Assembly: GCA_033764955.1 (NCBI GenBank)
Contig: JANRIL010000040.1
Span: 1 to 64,000 of the forward strand
Length of the DNA stretch: 64,000 nucleotides
Origin: Cyanobacteriota bacterium
GTDB lineage: Bacteria; Cyanobacteriota; Cyanobacteriia; Thermostichales; Thermostichaceae
Direction of reading: 5' to 3'
Both the position numbers and the translations under genes were made by a program. The notes below the pieces were generated by a model. It was not told the origin of the DNA and did no database searches. It saw nothing but the letters and a program-made list of their open reading frames with translations. Shown piece by piece: positions 53,279 to 63,973 of this stretch (positions are counted from its first letter, which is position 1; each line of letters opens with the position of its first letter).

Positions 53279-54193
53279 GTGATGAATAGCCGATTTGCTT
53301 CCCCAGAAACTCCCCAATCCAACCCACTGGCAACAGGGGATCCCGACACCTATGCACGGATTGCCCAGGCCATTGCTTTTATGCGGCAACACTATCGCCA
53401 TCAGCCCGATTTAGCCACTATTGCCCAGCAGGTTCACCTGAGTCCCTACCATTTTCAACGGCTCTTTACCCGTTGGGCTGGCATCAGCCCCAAACACTTT
53501 TTGCAATATCTCACCCTGGAATATGCCAAATCTCAAATTGCTTATACCCGCAGTTTATTAGATCTGTCGGGGAATCTGGGGTTATCTAGTCCCAGTCGCT
53601 TGCATGACCTGTTTGTCACCCTAGAAGCCATCTCCCCCGGCGAGTTCAAAACAGGGGGCAGTGGTCTACAGATTGACTACGGGATCCATTCCAGTCCGTT
53701 TGGCTCCTGCTTGATCGCCAAGACCGCCCGTGGCATCTGCCATCTGCAATTTTGGGATGGCGCTGAGGATCGAGAGCAGGCTGAAAGGCAGCTACACCGT
53801 GAATGGGTCAAGGCTGAAATCCGCTATCATCCACAGTCCACACAGCCCATCAGTGAGCAGATTTTTCAACCCCTAGCTCGGCCAACCCAAACCTGGGTGC
53901 TGGCGGTGAAGGGAACCAACTTTCAGATGCAGGTTTGGCGAGCCTTACTGGCTATTCCGTCGGGAGGACTAACCACCTATCAGGATCTCGCTATTGCCAT
54001 CGGCCAACCCAAAGCCGCCCGTGCTGTTGGTCATGCCCTCGCCTGCAATCCCGTGGGTTATTTGATTCCCTGTCATCGGGTGATTCGTCAATCCGGCGAC
54101 TTAGGGGGGTTCCGCTGGGGGCTGGAGCGCAAAACGATGATGCTAGGGTGGGAAGCCAGCCACCGCCAAAACACCCCAGTGGGGCAAGAATGA
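53279..54193 (+). CDS. AraC-HTH / methylated-DNA-protein-cysteine methyltransferase (Ada-like, no Zn domain)
   Basis: LSPYHFQRLFTRWAGISPK, GTNFQ, active site PCHRV. Confidence 0.92.
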   Translation: MMNSRFASPETPQSNPLATGDPDTYARIAQAIAFMRQHYRHQPDLATIAQQVHLSPYHFQRLFTRWAGISPKHFLQYLTLEYAKSQIAYTRSLLDLSGNLGLSSPSRLHDLFVTLEAISPGEFKTGGSGLQIDYGIHSSPFGSCLIAKTARGICHLQFWDGAEDREQAERQLHREWVKAEIRYHPQSTQPISEQIFQPLARPTQTWVLAVKGTNFQMQVWRALLAIPSGGLTTYQDLAIAIGQPKAARAVGHALACNPVGYLIPCHRVIRQSGDLGGFRWGLERKTMMLGWEASHRQNTPVGQE

Positions 54194-54194
54194 C

Positions 54195-55118
54195 ATGAAA
54201 AGACGAGAGATTGCTGAATTTTTGTTGCTCGCTGGTGTATGGGGAGGATCCTTTCTGTTTATGCGGGTGGCAGCTCCCGTTTTGGGGGCGGTTTGGTTAA
54301 TCGAGCTACGGGTATTGATTGCCGGACTTGCCCTCATGCCCCTAGTGATGAGATCGGGTCTCCTGCCTGAGTTACGCGATCACTGGCTGACCCTCTTCAT
54401 CGCGGGCTGTATCAACTCCGCCCTTCCCTTTTCTCTGCTGGCCTTTGCCTCGATTGCTCTGCCCGCCGGATTTACCTCGATTTTGAATGCCACCACCCCC
54501 CTGTTTGGCAGTTTGGTTGCCTGGATCTGGTTAAAGGAAAAAACTACCCTGCCGCGCATTCTGGGCTGTGTCGTAGGGTTTGTCGGGGTCTTGGTCTTGA
54601 TGGGATGGCAGCGCTTTAGCCCCACCCCTCAGTTTGGCTGGGCGGTCGCCGCCGGATTGCTAGCCTCCTGCTTGTATGGAGTGGGCGCTCCGTTTATCAA
54701 ACACAAGCTGGCTGGGATTTCGGCGCTGGCGGTTACCACAGGCAGTCAGTTAGGAGCCGCCTGCTTCCTCCTCCCCCTGTTGCCCTTTACCCTACCCGAT
54801 GCTCCACTCAGCCTATCGGTTGTGGTCTCCGTTCTGGGCTTGGCGCTCCTCTCCACGGCGTTTGCTTATATGCTCTATCTGCGCCTAATCCGCAGCATCG
54901 GCTCCACCAAAACCCTCACCGTGACCTATTGGATCCCGTTCTTTGCCATGCTCTGGGGATCCCTGTTCCTGGATGAATCCATCAATCTCTCGATGATCGT
55001 GGGCTGCGGCTTGATTTTGCTGGGAACCGCCATTGCCAACGATGTATTGGCAGGGAGGCATAGGCCGTTGTTGAGGGGGCGGCACGCCAGTCGGGCGGAA
55101 AAAACAGTAGGATCATAA
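54195..55118 (+). CDS. EamA/DMT transporter
   Basis: WGGSF; about 10 TM helices; ILNATTPLF. Confidence 0.92.
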   Translation: MKRREIAEFLLLAGVWGGSFLFMRVAAPVLGAVWLIELRVLIAGLALMPLVMRSGLLPELRDHWLTLFIAGCINSALPFSLLAFASIALPAGFTSILNATTPLFGSLVAWIWLKEKTTLPRILGCVVGFVGVLVLMGWQRFSPTPQFGWAVAAGLLASCLYGVGAPFIKHKLAGISALAVTTGSQLGAACFLLPLLPFTLPDAPLSLSVVVSVLGLALLSTAFAYMLYLRLIRSIGSTKTLTVTYWIPFFAMLWGSLFLDESINLSMIVGCGLILLGTAIANDVLAGRHRPLLRGRHASRAEKTVGS

Positions 55119-55162
55119 GGCAAAACCTCTGGTTCGCCAGTCGGAAGGAGTGATACATCTGC

Positions 55163-55654
55163 ATGGCTTCTACCTATTCATTTGATATCGTTAGTGAGTT
55201 TGATCGGCAGGAATTGGTGAATGCCATCGATCAGGTGGTGCGGGATATCAAGTCTCGTTATGACCTGAAGGATACGAATAGCGACATCTCGCTAGAGGCA
55301 GAAACGATTACCATCTCAACCCAGAGCGACATGACCCTGGAAGCCATTCAAGATCTACTAAGAACCAAAGCAGCCAAGCGCAATCTCTCCCTCAAAATCT
55401 TTGACTTTCAGACCCCCGAAGCCGCCAGTGGCAACCGAGTTCGCCAAACCATCAAACTCAAAAAAGGTATCGAACAAAGCCTTGCCAAAGATATTTCCAA
55501 ACAAATTCGAGATACCTTCAAAAAAGTCACCCCCAGTATTCAAGGAGATGCTATACGGGTTTCTGCCAAAGACAAAGATGAGTTACAAACTGTGATTCAG
55601 ATGCTCAAGCAGCAGGACTATCCAGTGGCGTTACAATTTACTAACTATCGCTAG
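55163..55654 (+). CDS. yajQ: YajQ family nucleotide/c-di-GMP-binding protein
   Basis: [27 protein letters not shown]. Confidence 0.95.
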   Translation: MASTYSFDIVSEFDRQELVNAIDQVVRDIKSRYDLKDTNSDISLEAETITISTQSDMTLEAIQDLLRTKAAKRNLSLKIFDFQTPEAASGNRVRQTIKLKKGIEQSLAKDISKQIRDTFKKVTPSIQGDAIRVSAKDKDELQTVIQMLKQQDYPVALQFTNYR

Positions 55655-55678
55655 TATCGCTAGACCGGCTAAAAATCC

Positions 55679-56284
55679 TTGCTGGCTGACGGGATCCCAG
55701 TCTTTCCCCTCCAGGCAGGATATCTTACCCAGAAGAGGCTGCTTGTGAACGCCGATCTCCCCTCCCCTTCATTGCCGGATCCGCGCCCGCTCTCCGACTA
55801 TTTGTTAGCCATTCAATCCGGATTTGAACGGGGATCCTACCGCGAGGTGCTGACCTGGGTGGAAGCGGCGTTGCGTCACTATCCGCAATCGGGATCCCTG
55901 CGCCTCTGGCAAGCTCTCACCATAGAAGCCCTTGGACAGACGACCCAGGCGATTGAGCTGATGCAGATGTTGGTTCACCATCCCGATCCTGAGATTGCTC
56001 AGCAGGCTAAATATCTGGTCTATATCTGGAAGGCTCCCCGTCTGCAACGTCCGCCAGCTTGGTTGAGTGAAATCCCCGACCTCAGTCAACTGGCAGATTC
56101 TGCCGTCACGCTGGGCAGTCGGCTCCCCCCCCTGCCGCAACAGCGATCCAGAACAACCCCACCGCCGCCAGTTGTGAACTCGGATCCCGCTCTCTCTGAG
56201 CAATCAGACCGTACTATGATCTGGATGTGGCTGGCCGTTGTTGCCTCCGTGATCGGACTGGGCTGGCTCTTAGCCATGATTTAG
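55679..56284 (+). CDS. TPR-like protein with C-terminal TM anchor
   Basis: FERGSY, APRLQRP; terminal hydrophobic helix; start uncertain. Confidence 0.7.
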   Translation: MLADGIPVFPLQAGYLTQKRLLVNADLPSPSLPDPRPLSDYLLAIQSGFERGSYREVLTWVEAALRHYPQSGSLRLWQALTIEALGQTTQAIELMQMLVHHPDPEIAQQAKYLVYIWKAPRLQRPPAWLSEIPDLSQLADSAVTLGSRLPPLPQQRSRTTPPPPVVNSDPALSEQSDRTMIWMWLAVVASVIGLGWLLAMI

Positions 56285-56323
56285 TTAGCACCACCCAAGC
56301 CGAGAGAGGAGAACAAAACGGTT

Positions 56324-57235
56324 GTGAAGGAAGCCATCTGGGTCAGTGTTCCGGCGACGACAGCCAATCTAGGGCCAGGGTTTGACTGCTTGGGAGCCGC
56401 CCTCGATCTGCACAATCGCTTTGGCTTTCGCCAGAGTCCCGCCGGATTAACGATTCACTATCGCGGTGCTGATCACGTCAGCGTCGGCAAAGACAATCTG
56501 GTCTATCGGGCGTTTAGTCGCGCTTTTGAAGTATTGAGTAAACCTGTGCCGGGGGTAGAAATTGAGCTGGAACTGAATGTGCCCCCCTCCCGTGGCTTGG
56601 GTAGTTCGGCGACAGCGATTGTGGGGGGACTGTTGGGAGCCAATGCCCTCGGCGATCTAAATCTGACCCCCGACACCCTGCTACAACTGGCGATTGCCCT
56701 GGAAGGGCATCCTGACAATGTAGTGCCCGCCCTGAAAGGAAGCTGTCAGTTGTGTGTGCCATCCCAACAGGCGGGGCAGTGGGTGTTTTGTCCGATAGAC
56801 TGGGTGGACTCGATTGCCTTGGTGGCTGCTGTGCCCAACTTTAAGCTATCTACGCAGGCGGCACGGGAAGTCTTGCCTAAGACCGTTAGCCTAGCGGACG
56901 CGATTTTTTCGACCTCCCATTTGGGGCTGTTGGTGCGTTCTTTAGAAACGGGAAACTCAGATTGGTTGCGGGTTGCTCTCCAGGATCGGCTACATCAACC
57001 CGCCCGTTTTGCCCTGATTCCTGGCTTTCGAGAGGTGCAAGCGGCGGCTCAAGCTGCCGGAGCCTATGGGGTGGTGATCAGTGGGGCTGGTCCTACGTTG
57101 ATGGCCTTTTGTAGTCCCACCACCTCCGATCAGGTGGGATCCGCGATGGTGAATGCGTGGCAGCAGTTGGACGTGGAAGCGGAAGCCAAGCCCCTCAACC
57201 TTGACCGACGGGGAGGACGGGTCTTGCTCAGTTGA
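56324..57235 (+). CDS. thrB: Homoserine kinase
   Basis: PATTANLGPGFD, RGLGSS, EGHPDN, SGAGPT. Confidence 0.97.
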   Translation: MKEAIWVSVPATTANLGPGFDCLGAALDLHNRFGFRQSPAGLTIHYRGADHVSVGKDNLVYRAFSRAFEVLSKPVPGVEIELELNVPPSRGLGSSATAIVGGLLGANALGDLNLTPDTLLQLAIALEGHPDNVVPALKGSCQLCVPSQQAGQWVFCPIDWVDSIALVAAVPNFKLSTQAAREVLPKTVSLADAIFSTSHLGLLVRSLETGNSDWLRVALQDRLHQPARFALIPGFREVQAAAQAAGAYGVVISGAGPTLMAFCSPTTSDQVGSAMVNAWQQLDVEAEAKPLNLDRRGGRVLLS

Positions 57236-57245
57236 AGTCCCTTTG

Positions 57246-57962
57246 TTAGCTCGGTTTCTGAATGACGAGGATCCCCATTAAGCCCCAGGCAATGGGATAA
57301 AACCTAACCTGGCTAAACCCAGTTGCCTCAGCTAGTCTGATCTGCTCGTTTCCGGTGGGAAAATGGTCTAGGCTGGGGTGAATATAAGCATAGTCATTTT
57401 CTACTCCCGATTGACGAGCGGCGGTCATCACCACCTGATCTAAATAAAATTTCTGAAATTGCTGAACGGCAGCTTGTTGGGGGCGATGAAAATCGAGGAT
57501 AGCTGCCCAGGATCCCTTTTGCAAAACCCGATAAATTTCACTCAGCGCCTGCGGAATATCCGTGACATTTCGCAGCCCATAGCCCATAGTTACCGACGAA
57601 AAAGTCTCTTCAGGAAAAGGCAATGATAGGGCATCCCCGCAAACCCATGTGATCGGATAGTGGGGGAAAAAATAATTTGAACGTTGTTGGGCAATCCTTA
57701 ATAAATCTTCTGAAAAATCGATGCCATACACCTGCCCCGATCGGCCAACCTTACGAGCCAGTTGCAGGGCTAGATCCCCCGATCCACAGCAAACATCTAA
57801 AGCATGAGAACCCCGCTTGGGTCTTGCCCAGCGCACCGCCATTCCCTTCCAAACGTGATGAAGTCCCCAACTCATTTGCTGATTAAGCCGATCATAGTGG
57901 GGGGCAATTCGATTAAACAAATCCCGAATTTGCTGGGGAGTTTGGATGTCAGCCGTTGGCAT
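57246..57962 (-). CDS. menG: Demethylphylloquinol/menaquinone methyltransferase (MenG/UbiE)
   Basis: FNRIAPHYD, LDVCCGSGD, GYGLRNV. Confidence 0.9.
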   Translation of the reverse strand: MPTADIQTPQQIRDLFNRIAPHYDRLNQQMSWGLHHVWKGMAVRWARPKRGSHALDVCCGSGDLALQLARKVGRSGQVYGIDFSEDLLRIAQQRSNYFFPHYPITWVCGDALSLPFPEETFSSVTMGYGLRNVTDIPQALSEIYRVLQKGSWAAILDFHRPQQAAVQQFQKFYLDQVVMTAARQSGVENDYAYIHPSLDHFPTGNEQIRLAEATGFSQVRFYPIAWGLMGILVIQKPS

Positions 57963-58128
57963 ATCGAAAGAGGAGGATCCTAATCAATAGGGGTTTAGGG
58001 TTCTCACTTTAGCAGGTGCAAGGGGGGACATCACACAAATGTCTTGACAGGTGTCTTTCGGGATGGATCCTCCTCCTCCTATGATGATGGACAAGCGGAA
58101 ATAGGTTCATAACGTGCTAGGGAGGATT

Positions 58129-58791
58129 ATGTCAGCATCCAGGCAGGTTATCCCCATCGATCCAGAATTTTTTTGCGATGGACATTATTATGTCTTGACC
58201 TCCCTCAGCTTGGGAGGCAGCCATCTCACCGCCGAGCAGCTTTCTGAGCAGTTGAGAGGAGGGGATGCTCAAACCATCCGGATCCTCTTGCAAGAAGGGA
58301 TTTGCCTGCCTTTATTTTTTGATGGGGATTGTGCCCTCGATCACGCCACCACCTTTGTTGTGGGGGATCTAGACGAAACGGAGGAGCAGAATTGGATTGG
58401 CTGTTTGACCAGCAAGTTGCATATTCCCTGTGGCAAGCTGCTTTTGCTGTGTGGAGGGGGGGATCCCAATGAATTGGAGGAGATCCTGTCGGGAAAACCG
58501 CCGGCTCCCCATTACGTGATCTTTCAGGTGATTGAGGTTCCCCCCCAAACCTATCGGGTGGATGTGTATGCCTATCTATCCAGCATGACGGTTCAGCAAT
58601 CTTTGAGCTACTATGACCAACATTTTGAGGAAATCGTCGATCAGGAAAGACTGGATCACTACCTAGCCAATCGCCCCGGTATTCCTGGCACAGACTATAT
58701 CATTCAGCTTCGTCCCTGCCAGGGTGAGGTGCCCTTACCGGAACTGGTGCCTGAGTTAGATTGGGGCGGTGTTTTTCAGTTCCGCCGTTAA
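58129..58791 (+). CDS. Hypothetical acidic protein
   Basis: 220-aa ORF with a GGAGG RBS; no family recognised. Confidence 0.7.
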   Translation: MSASRQVIPIDPEFFCDGHYYVLTSLSLGGSHLTAEQLSEQLRGGDAQTIRILLQEGICLPLFFDGDCALDHATTFVVGDLDETEEQNWIGCLTSKLHIPCGKLLLLCGGGDPNELEEILSGKPPAPHYVIFQVIEVPPQTYRVDVYAYLSSMTVQQSLSYYDQHFEEIVDQERLDHYLANRPGIPGTDYIIQLRPCQGEVPLPELVPELDWGGVFQFRR

Positions 58792-58836
58792 GGCTACTGC
58801 TGCCACCCCACCCCCTCTCTGAAACGAACAAGTCGC

Positions 58837-60765
58837 CTAACTGAGTACCCTGGAGCGAAGGGATCCCTGGCCTTTTTGTAGTTTTTGCAGGATTTTATCG
58901 GCTATCCCTGAACTGTTGAGACCTAACCCACTCAGAGCCTGATCGGGGGTGGCATGTTCCACTAGTTGATCGGGGATCCCTAGCCGTAGAATGGGCACCT
59001 GAATCTCCGCATCCAAGAGAGCCTCCGCCACAGCGGAACCAAATCCACCCATCAGACAACCCTCTTCCACGGTCACCACCCGACCAATCCGTTCGGCTAA
59101 GGGTAGGATGAGGGCTTGATCGAGGGGTTTCACAAAGCGAGCGTTAATCACCGTCGCATCAAAACCATGTTCTTGCAGGATCTCGGCAGCCTGTAAAGCC
59201 GGGTAGACCATCGTGCCATAGGCCACGATCAAAATATCCTCCCCATTCCTGAGGATTTCCCCTTGACCAATGGGTAAAGGCTCCCAGCCTTCTTCCGCCA
59301 GAGGAGCACCGATGCCACAACCACGGGGATAGCGTAGGGCAATCGGGCCACTGGTATGCTGGACACCCGTCACGATCATCCGTTGCAGTTCGGCCTCATC
59401 TTTAGGAGCCATCGCCACCATGTTGGGGATGCAGCGCAGATAGGCAATGTCATACAGTCCTTGGTGGGTAGGGCCATCGGCTCCCACTATGCCAGCCCGA
59501 TCCAAACAGAAAAAGACAGGCAGATTTTGAATGCAGACATCGTGAATAATTTGATCGTAGGCGCGCTGCAAAAACGTGGAATAGATCGCCGCCACCGGAC
59601 GCATTCCTTCACAGGCCAATCCAGCTGCTAACGTGACGGCATGTTGCTCGGCAATACCAACATCGATAAATTGCTTCGGCAGCTTTTCCTTGAGTTTGGT
59701 TAAGCCTGTGCCCGTGTCCATAGCGGCGGTGATGCCGATAATGCGGGGATCCTGTTCGGCCAGCTTCGTGAGGGTATGGCCAAAGACTTTGCAGTAGTCG
59801 GGGGGCTTGGGCTTGCTGGAGGGATAGGGTTTGCCCGTCTCCAGATTAAATTTGTTTTGGGCGTGATAGCCGACGCGATCCGCTTCCGCAGGTGTATAGC
59901 CCTTGCCCTTGATGGTTGCCACATGCACCAGCACCGGACCAGGGATCCCATGCCCCAGTTGAAAGGCATCCAGCAATTCTGGCAGATCATGCCCGTCTAC
60001 TGGGCCGACATAGGTAAAGCCCAATTCTTCAAAGACAATCCCCACCTTGTTGTTTTGAACCGCCGTGATCAGCTTCATGCTTTCTTTCATGCGGTCAATC
60101 TCAGGGGTGAGACTCGATCCGACTAAAGGCAGGTTTTTGATCTGCTCTTCCAGGCTGTCGGTAATGAACTGGACGGGTGGGCTGAGGCGAATCCGATTGA
60201 GGTAGCGGGGGATGGCTCCCACATTGGGGGAAATCGACATGCCATTGTCATTCAAAACCACCATCAAGTTGGTTTTGGGCAAATGCCCAGCATGGTTGAT
60301 GGCTTCGTAGGCCATGCCCCCCGTCAAGGCTCCATCACCGATGATTGCCACCACCTTAAAGTCATCCCCTTTCGCATCCCGGGCGAGCGCCATACCTAGG
60401 GCGGCGGAGATGCTGGTGGAGGCATGACCTGCCCCGAAGTGGTCAAAACGGCTTTCCCCCCGCTTGCAGTAGCCCGCAATCCCGTCTTTTTGCCGCAGGG
60501 TATGAAACTGGTGATAGCGACCCGTCAGCATTTTGTGAGCATAGGCTTGGTGGCCAACATCCCAAATCACCTTGTCGCGGTCGAGATCCAGGGTTTTGTA
60601 GAGGGCTAACGTTAGCTCTACAACGCCTAGCCCAGGCCCTAGGTGTCCGCCACTGGTGGCAACGGTTAACAAGTGTTTATCGCGGAGCTGGCGTGCCAGG
60701 TGCTTCAGTTGGGCGATGCTGAGGTCGTGAAGCTGGTTGGGATGAGTGAGGTCACTCAGTTGCAT
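58837..60765 (-). CDS. dxs: 1-deoxy-D-xylulose-5-phosphate synthase
   Basis: [27 protein letters not shown]. Confidence 0.98.
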   Translation of the reverse strand: MQLSDLTHPNQLHDLSIAQLKHLARQLRDKHLLTVATSGGHLGPGLGVVELTLALYKTLDLDRDKVIWDVGHQAYAHKMLTGRYHQFHTLRQKDGIAGYCKRGESRFDHFGAGHASTSISAALGMALARDAKGDDFKVVAIIGDGALTGGMAYEAINHAGHLPKTNLMVVLNDNGMSISPNVGAIPRYLNRIRLSPPVQFITDSLEEQIKNLPLVGSSLTPEIDRMKESMKLITAVQNNKVGIVFEELGFTYVGPVDGHDLPELLDAFQLGHGIPGPVLVHVATIKGKGYTPAEADRVGYHAQNKFNLETGKPYPSSKPKPPDYCKVFGHTLTKLAEQDPRIIGITAAMDTGTGLTKLKEKLPKQFIDVGIAEQHAVTLAAGLACEGMRPVAAIYSTFLQRAYDQIIHDVCIQNLPVFFCLDRAGIVGADGPTHQGLYDIAYLRCIPNMVAMAPKDEAELQRMIVTGVQHTSGPIALRYPRGCGIGAPLAEEGWEPLPIGQGEILRNGEDILIVAYGTMVYPALQAAEILQEHGFDATVINARFVKPLDQALILPLAERIGRVVTVEEGCLMGGFGSAVAEALLDAEIQVPILRLGIPDQLVEHATPDQALSGLGLNSSGIADKILQKLQKGQGSLRSRVLS

Positions 60766-60774
60766 AGGTCACCC

Positions 60775-60792
60775 GTTACGTTTCGTTACATT
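60775..60792 (+). promoter_or_regulatory. HLR1-like (RpaB) site at the dxs promoter
   Basis: GTTACGTT-TC-GTTACATT (one mismatch), between the dxs ATG and a minus-strand -10 TATAGT (60799-60794). Confidence 0.6.
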
Positions 60793-61060
60793 TACTATAG
60801 CGAGAATTTCGACGGCCATTGGTCGGCAAAAGGGCTGCACAGGGTTGGCAGAATTTAGTCTGGCTCTCAGTCTAGATCCAAAAGGGGATCCCTATTCCTG
60901 AAGTTTTTCAAACGGAGGCACCCCACTAGCCCCAGTGTGGCTGACAAGCGACCCTCCGATCCCGCAGACTGGGGGAAGATCCTCTTCTTTTTCCAGCCGG
61001 ATATCGCGGGGTTGAGGAGATTTTGTGATGTGAGCACGGGCAAGGGTTGAGCAAAAAACT

Positions 61061-62557
61061 ATGGTGGATCACCTTCCGCATTTTGTGAACGGCAACCGCA
61101 TTGAGGGCACCAGCCAACGCTGGGGAGACGTTTATAATCCTGCCCTAGGTACAGTGATTGCCCAGGTGCCCTTAGCCTCCGCTGCCGAAACTCGTCAGGC
61201 GATTATGGCCGCTCAGCAAGCCTTCCCCGCTTGGGCGGAGGTGACCCCGCTGCGGCGCGCCCGCGTCCTGTTTCGCTTTAAGGAATTGCTGGAGAAGCAT
61301 CAGGATGACTTGGCGGACTGCATTACCCGCGAACATGGCAAAACCCTGGAAGATGCCAAGGCAGCTCTCCAGCGGGGGATCGAGGTGGTGGAGTTTGCCT
61401 GTGGGATCCCCCATCTGCTGAAGGGAGAATTTTCGGAACAGGTGGGAACGGGGGTGGACAGTTGGTCGATGCGTCAGCCCTTGGGGGTTTGTGCGGGCAT
61501 CACTCCCTTTAATTTTCCGGCGATGGTGCCTCTCTGGATGTTTCCGTTGGCGATTGCCTGCGGGAACAGCTTTATTCTCAAACCCTCTGAAAAGGATCCC
61601 TCCGCCGCCCTTTGGCTAGCCGAGTGCTTGCAGGCCGCCGGATTGCCGGATGGTGTTTTCAACGTGGTGCATGGGGATCGGGAAGCGGTCGATACCTTGC
61701 TCACCCACCCTGAGGTGGCGGCCATCAGTTTTGTGGGTTCTACCCCTGTGGCCGAGTATGTCTATGCCACCGGATCCGCCCATGGCAAACGGGTACAAGC
61801 CCTGGCTGGAGCCAAAAACCACATGGTGATCCTGCCGGATGCTGACCTGGAACAAGCAGTGCATGGGCTGATGAGTGCTGCCTATGGTTCTGCCGGAGAA
61901 CGCTGTATGGCGATAGCCGTCGCCGTGGCGGTGGGAGGGGTTGGGGATCCCCTGATTGAGCAGTTGCTGCCCCGCATTCGGAGCCTCAAGATTGGGTGTG
62001 GTACCGATCCGCAGGTGGATATGGGGCCACTGGTCACCCCTCAGCATTGGCAACGGGTTAAGGATTACATCAATCTGGGAATCGCGGAAGGAGCCGAACT
62101 GCGGGTGGATGGTCGCTCATGGCAGGTGGCGGGCTATGAACAGGGCTTTTTTATGGGGGGATCCCTGTTTGATCACGTCACTCCCACCATGCGGATCTAT
62201 CAAGAAGAAATTTTTGGCCCTGTTTTGGTGGTAGTGCGGGTGGCGGATTTGCCTGCTGCCCTTGATCTGGTCAATCAGCATCCCTTTGGCAATGGCACGG
62301 CGATTTTCACCCGTGACGGGTATGCCGCCCGCTATTTTAGCCATCATGTGAAAGTGGGAATGGTGGGCATCAATGTGCCTATTCCCGTGCCGATGGCCTT
62401 TCATAGCTTCGGGGGCTGGAAGCAATCGTTGCTGGGATCCCTGCACATTCACGGCATGGATGGCGTGCGCTTTTATACTCGCCTTAAGACCGTCACCTCC
62501 CGTTGGCCGAGGGATCCCTCGGCCTTGCCAACCTACGTCATGCCCACCATGTCGTAG
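61061..62557 (+). CDS. mmsA: CoA-acylating methylmalonate-semialdehyde dehydrogenase
   Basis: PFNFPAM, KPSEKDP, AKNH, GERCMA, INVPIPVP. Confidence 0.93.
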   Translation: MVDHLPHFVNGNRIEGTSQRWGDVYNPALGTVIAQVPLASAAETRQAIMAAQQAFPAWAEVTPLRRARVLFRFKELLEKHQDDLADCITREHGKTLEDAKAALQRGIEVVEFACGIPHLLKGEFSEQVGTGVDSWSMRQPLGVCAGITPFNFPAMVPLWMFPLAIACGNSFILKPSEKDPSAALWLAECLQAAGLPDGVFNVVHGDREAVDTLLTHPEVAAISFVGSTPVAEYVYATGSAHGKRVQALAGAKNHMVILPDADLEQAVHGLMSAAYGSAGERCMAIAVAVAVGGVGDPLIEQLLPRIRSLKIGCGTDPQVDMGPLVTPQHWQRVKDYINLGIAEGAELRVDGRSWQVAGYEQGFFMGGSLFDHVTPTMRIYQEEIFGPVLVVVRVADLPAALDLVNQHPFGNGTAIFTRDGYAARYFSHHVKVGMVGINVPIPVPMAFHSFGGWKQSLLGSLHIHGMDGVRFYTRLKTVTSRWPRDPSALPTYVMPTMS

Positions 62558-62619
62558 CGGCAACTGCAAATTGGCAATCCACGGAATACCGATAGGGTAG
62601 GACTAGCCCAGAGATCAAG

Positions 62620-63252
62620 ATGGATACTCCCGATTTCCGCTCCCAGATAGTTGCCTATATCCGCACTCAGGCGCAGCCACCGGATAAATATGCCCATCAA
62701 CCGCGTCTTTATCAACTGGCTGTCCGGCTTGGGCAGGGGCAACCTTTTGATGATGACGTCCTTTTTGCTGCCGTTTGGTTGCATGATCTGGGGGTTTTTG
62801 TGGGGCATCGGCCTAGCGATCTGACCGCTTTAGCCACCTGGGATCACTTAGCTTATGCGGTGGAAAAAGTTCCCGATTTGTTAAAGCAATGGGGCTTTCC
62901 CGCCGAAAAAATTCCTGCCGTCATTAACGCTATTTTGACCCACTTACCCGCAGGACAACCCACGTCAATCGAGGGATCCCTTTTGCATGATGCCGATATT
63001 TTGGAGCAATTAGGAGCGGTAGGAATCTTGCGGATGGTCAGCAAAGTGGGACGAGACAGCCGCTATCCCACCCATGCCGCAGCCATAGCCATGCTTGAGC
63101 AGCAAGTACAAACGCTCCCCTCCCACCTGAGGCTGAGCCAAGCCAAAATCATGGCAAAACCACGCATTGATCTTCTAGACAGTTTTCTGCGAGCCGCCCA
63201 ACAGGAGTCCCAGGGAGTTTTGTCGGGAAACGATTGGATCCCCTATGGTTGA
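62620..63252 (+). CDS. HD domain phosphohydrolase
   Basis: H...LHDLG...HDADILEQLGAVG. Confidence 0.88.
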   Translation: MDTPDFRSQIVAYIRTQAQPPDKYAHQPRLYQLAVRLGQGQPFDDDVLFAAVWLHDLGVFVGHRPSDLTALATWDHLAYAVEKVPDLLKQWGFPAEKIPAVINAILTHLPAGQPTSIEGSLLHDADILEQLGAVGILRMVSKVGRDSRYPTHAAAIAMLEQQVQTLPSHLRLSQAKIMAKPRIDLLDSFLRAAQQESQGVLSGNDWIPYG

Positions 63253-63343
63253 CACCCCTACCTGCCTTGGAAGGCTATGGTGGCATGAAGGATATTTGGG
63301 TGCATGAATGGGAGATTGATATTGCTGGTGTTGGGTGGGATCC

Positions 63344-63973
63344 CTATTCAGCCAAAGGGGTGAGCACTAAGCCTGATCCATCCAGAGAAAAGTTGGGATC
63401 AAATCGTGTGGTTGAGTCGTAGATGGCTTTGGCAAAATTGGCTCCACCCCAATAGGCTTGGCTGAGATCACTGCCTCGCAAATCCGCCCCGCTCAGATTG
63501 GCCTCTGTCAAATCCGCCCCACTCAGGTTAGCCCCATTCAGGTTAGCCCCACTCAGATTAGCTCCGCTCAGATTCGCCCCACTCAGATTGGCTCCGCTCA
63601 GATTAGCCCCCCGCAAGTCTGCCTCCCAAAAAAAGGCTTGGGCAGGGATCGCCCCACTTAAGTTGGCTCCACTCAGGTTCGAGAAATTAAGCATCGTTCC
63701 CTGTAAGTTGGCTCCCCGTAAGTTAGCCCCCGTCAGGTTGGCTTCCCGCAAGTTGGCTGCGGGTAGGGCATAGCCTTCTAGGTTGATTTGTTGGAGATCA
63801 CAAGCCGGACAGTTGGTGGGATCCACTCCACTGGTGGTTTTTCCCAGTCTCACCTTTAACTCGTCGGGGGGGGCAGCGGGGGTGGGGCTAGTTTGACCCC
63901 AGACGGGAGGGTTGTCCCCCGCCACATAAACCAGGCAGCTCAGCAAAACCATCCATCCATTGCAATATTTCAT
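63344..63973 (-). CDS. Secreted pentapeptide repeat protein
   Basis: Signal peptide, CPACDL, tandem A(N/D)LSG repeats. Confidence 0.9.
   Translation of the reverse strand: MKYCNGWMVLLSCLVYVAGDNPPVWGQTSPTPAAPPDELKVRLGKTTSGVDPTNCPACDLQQINLEGYALPAANLREANLTGANLRGANLQGTMLNFSNLSGANLSGAIPAQAFFWEADLRGANLSGANLSGANLSGANLSGANLNGANLSGADLTEANLSGADLRGSDLSQAYWGGANFAKAIYDSTTRFDPNFSLDGSGLVLTPLAE

Noticed and set aside
63490..63760. Regular 15-bp repeats resembling an array
   Set aside because: Coding pentapeptide repeats without spacers; not CRISPR
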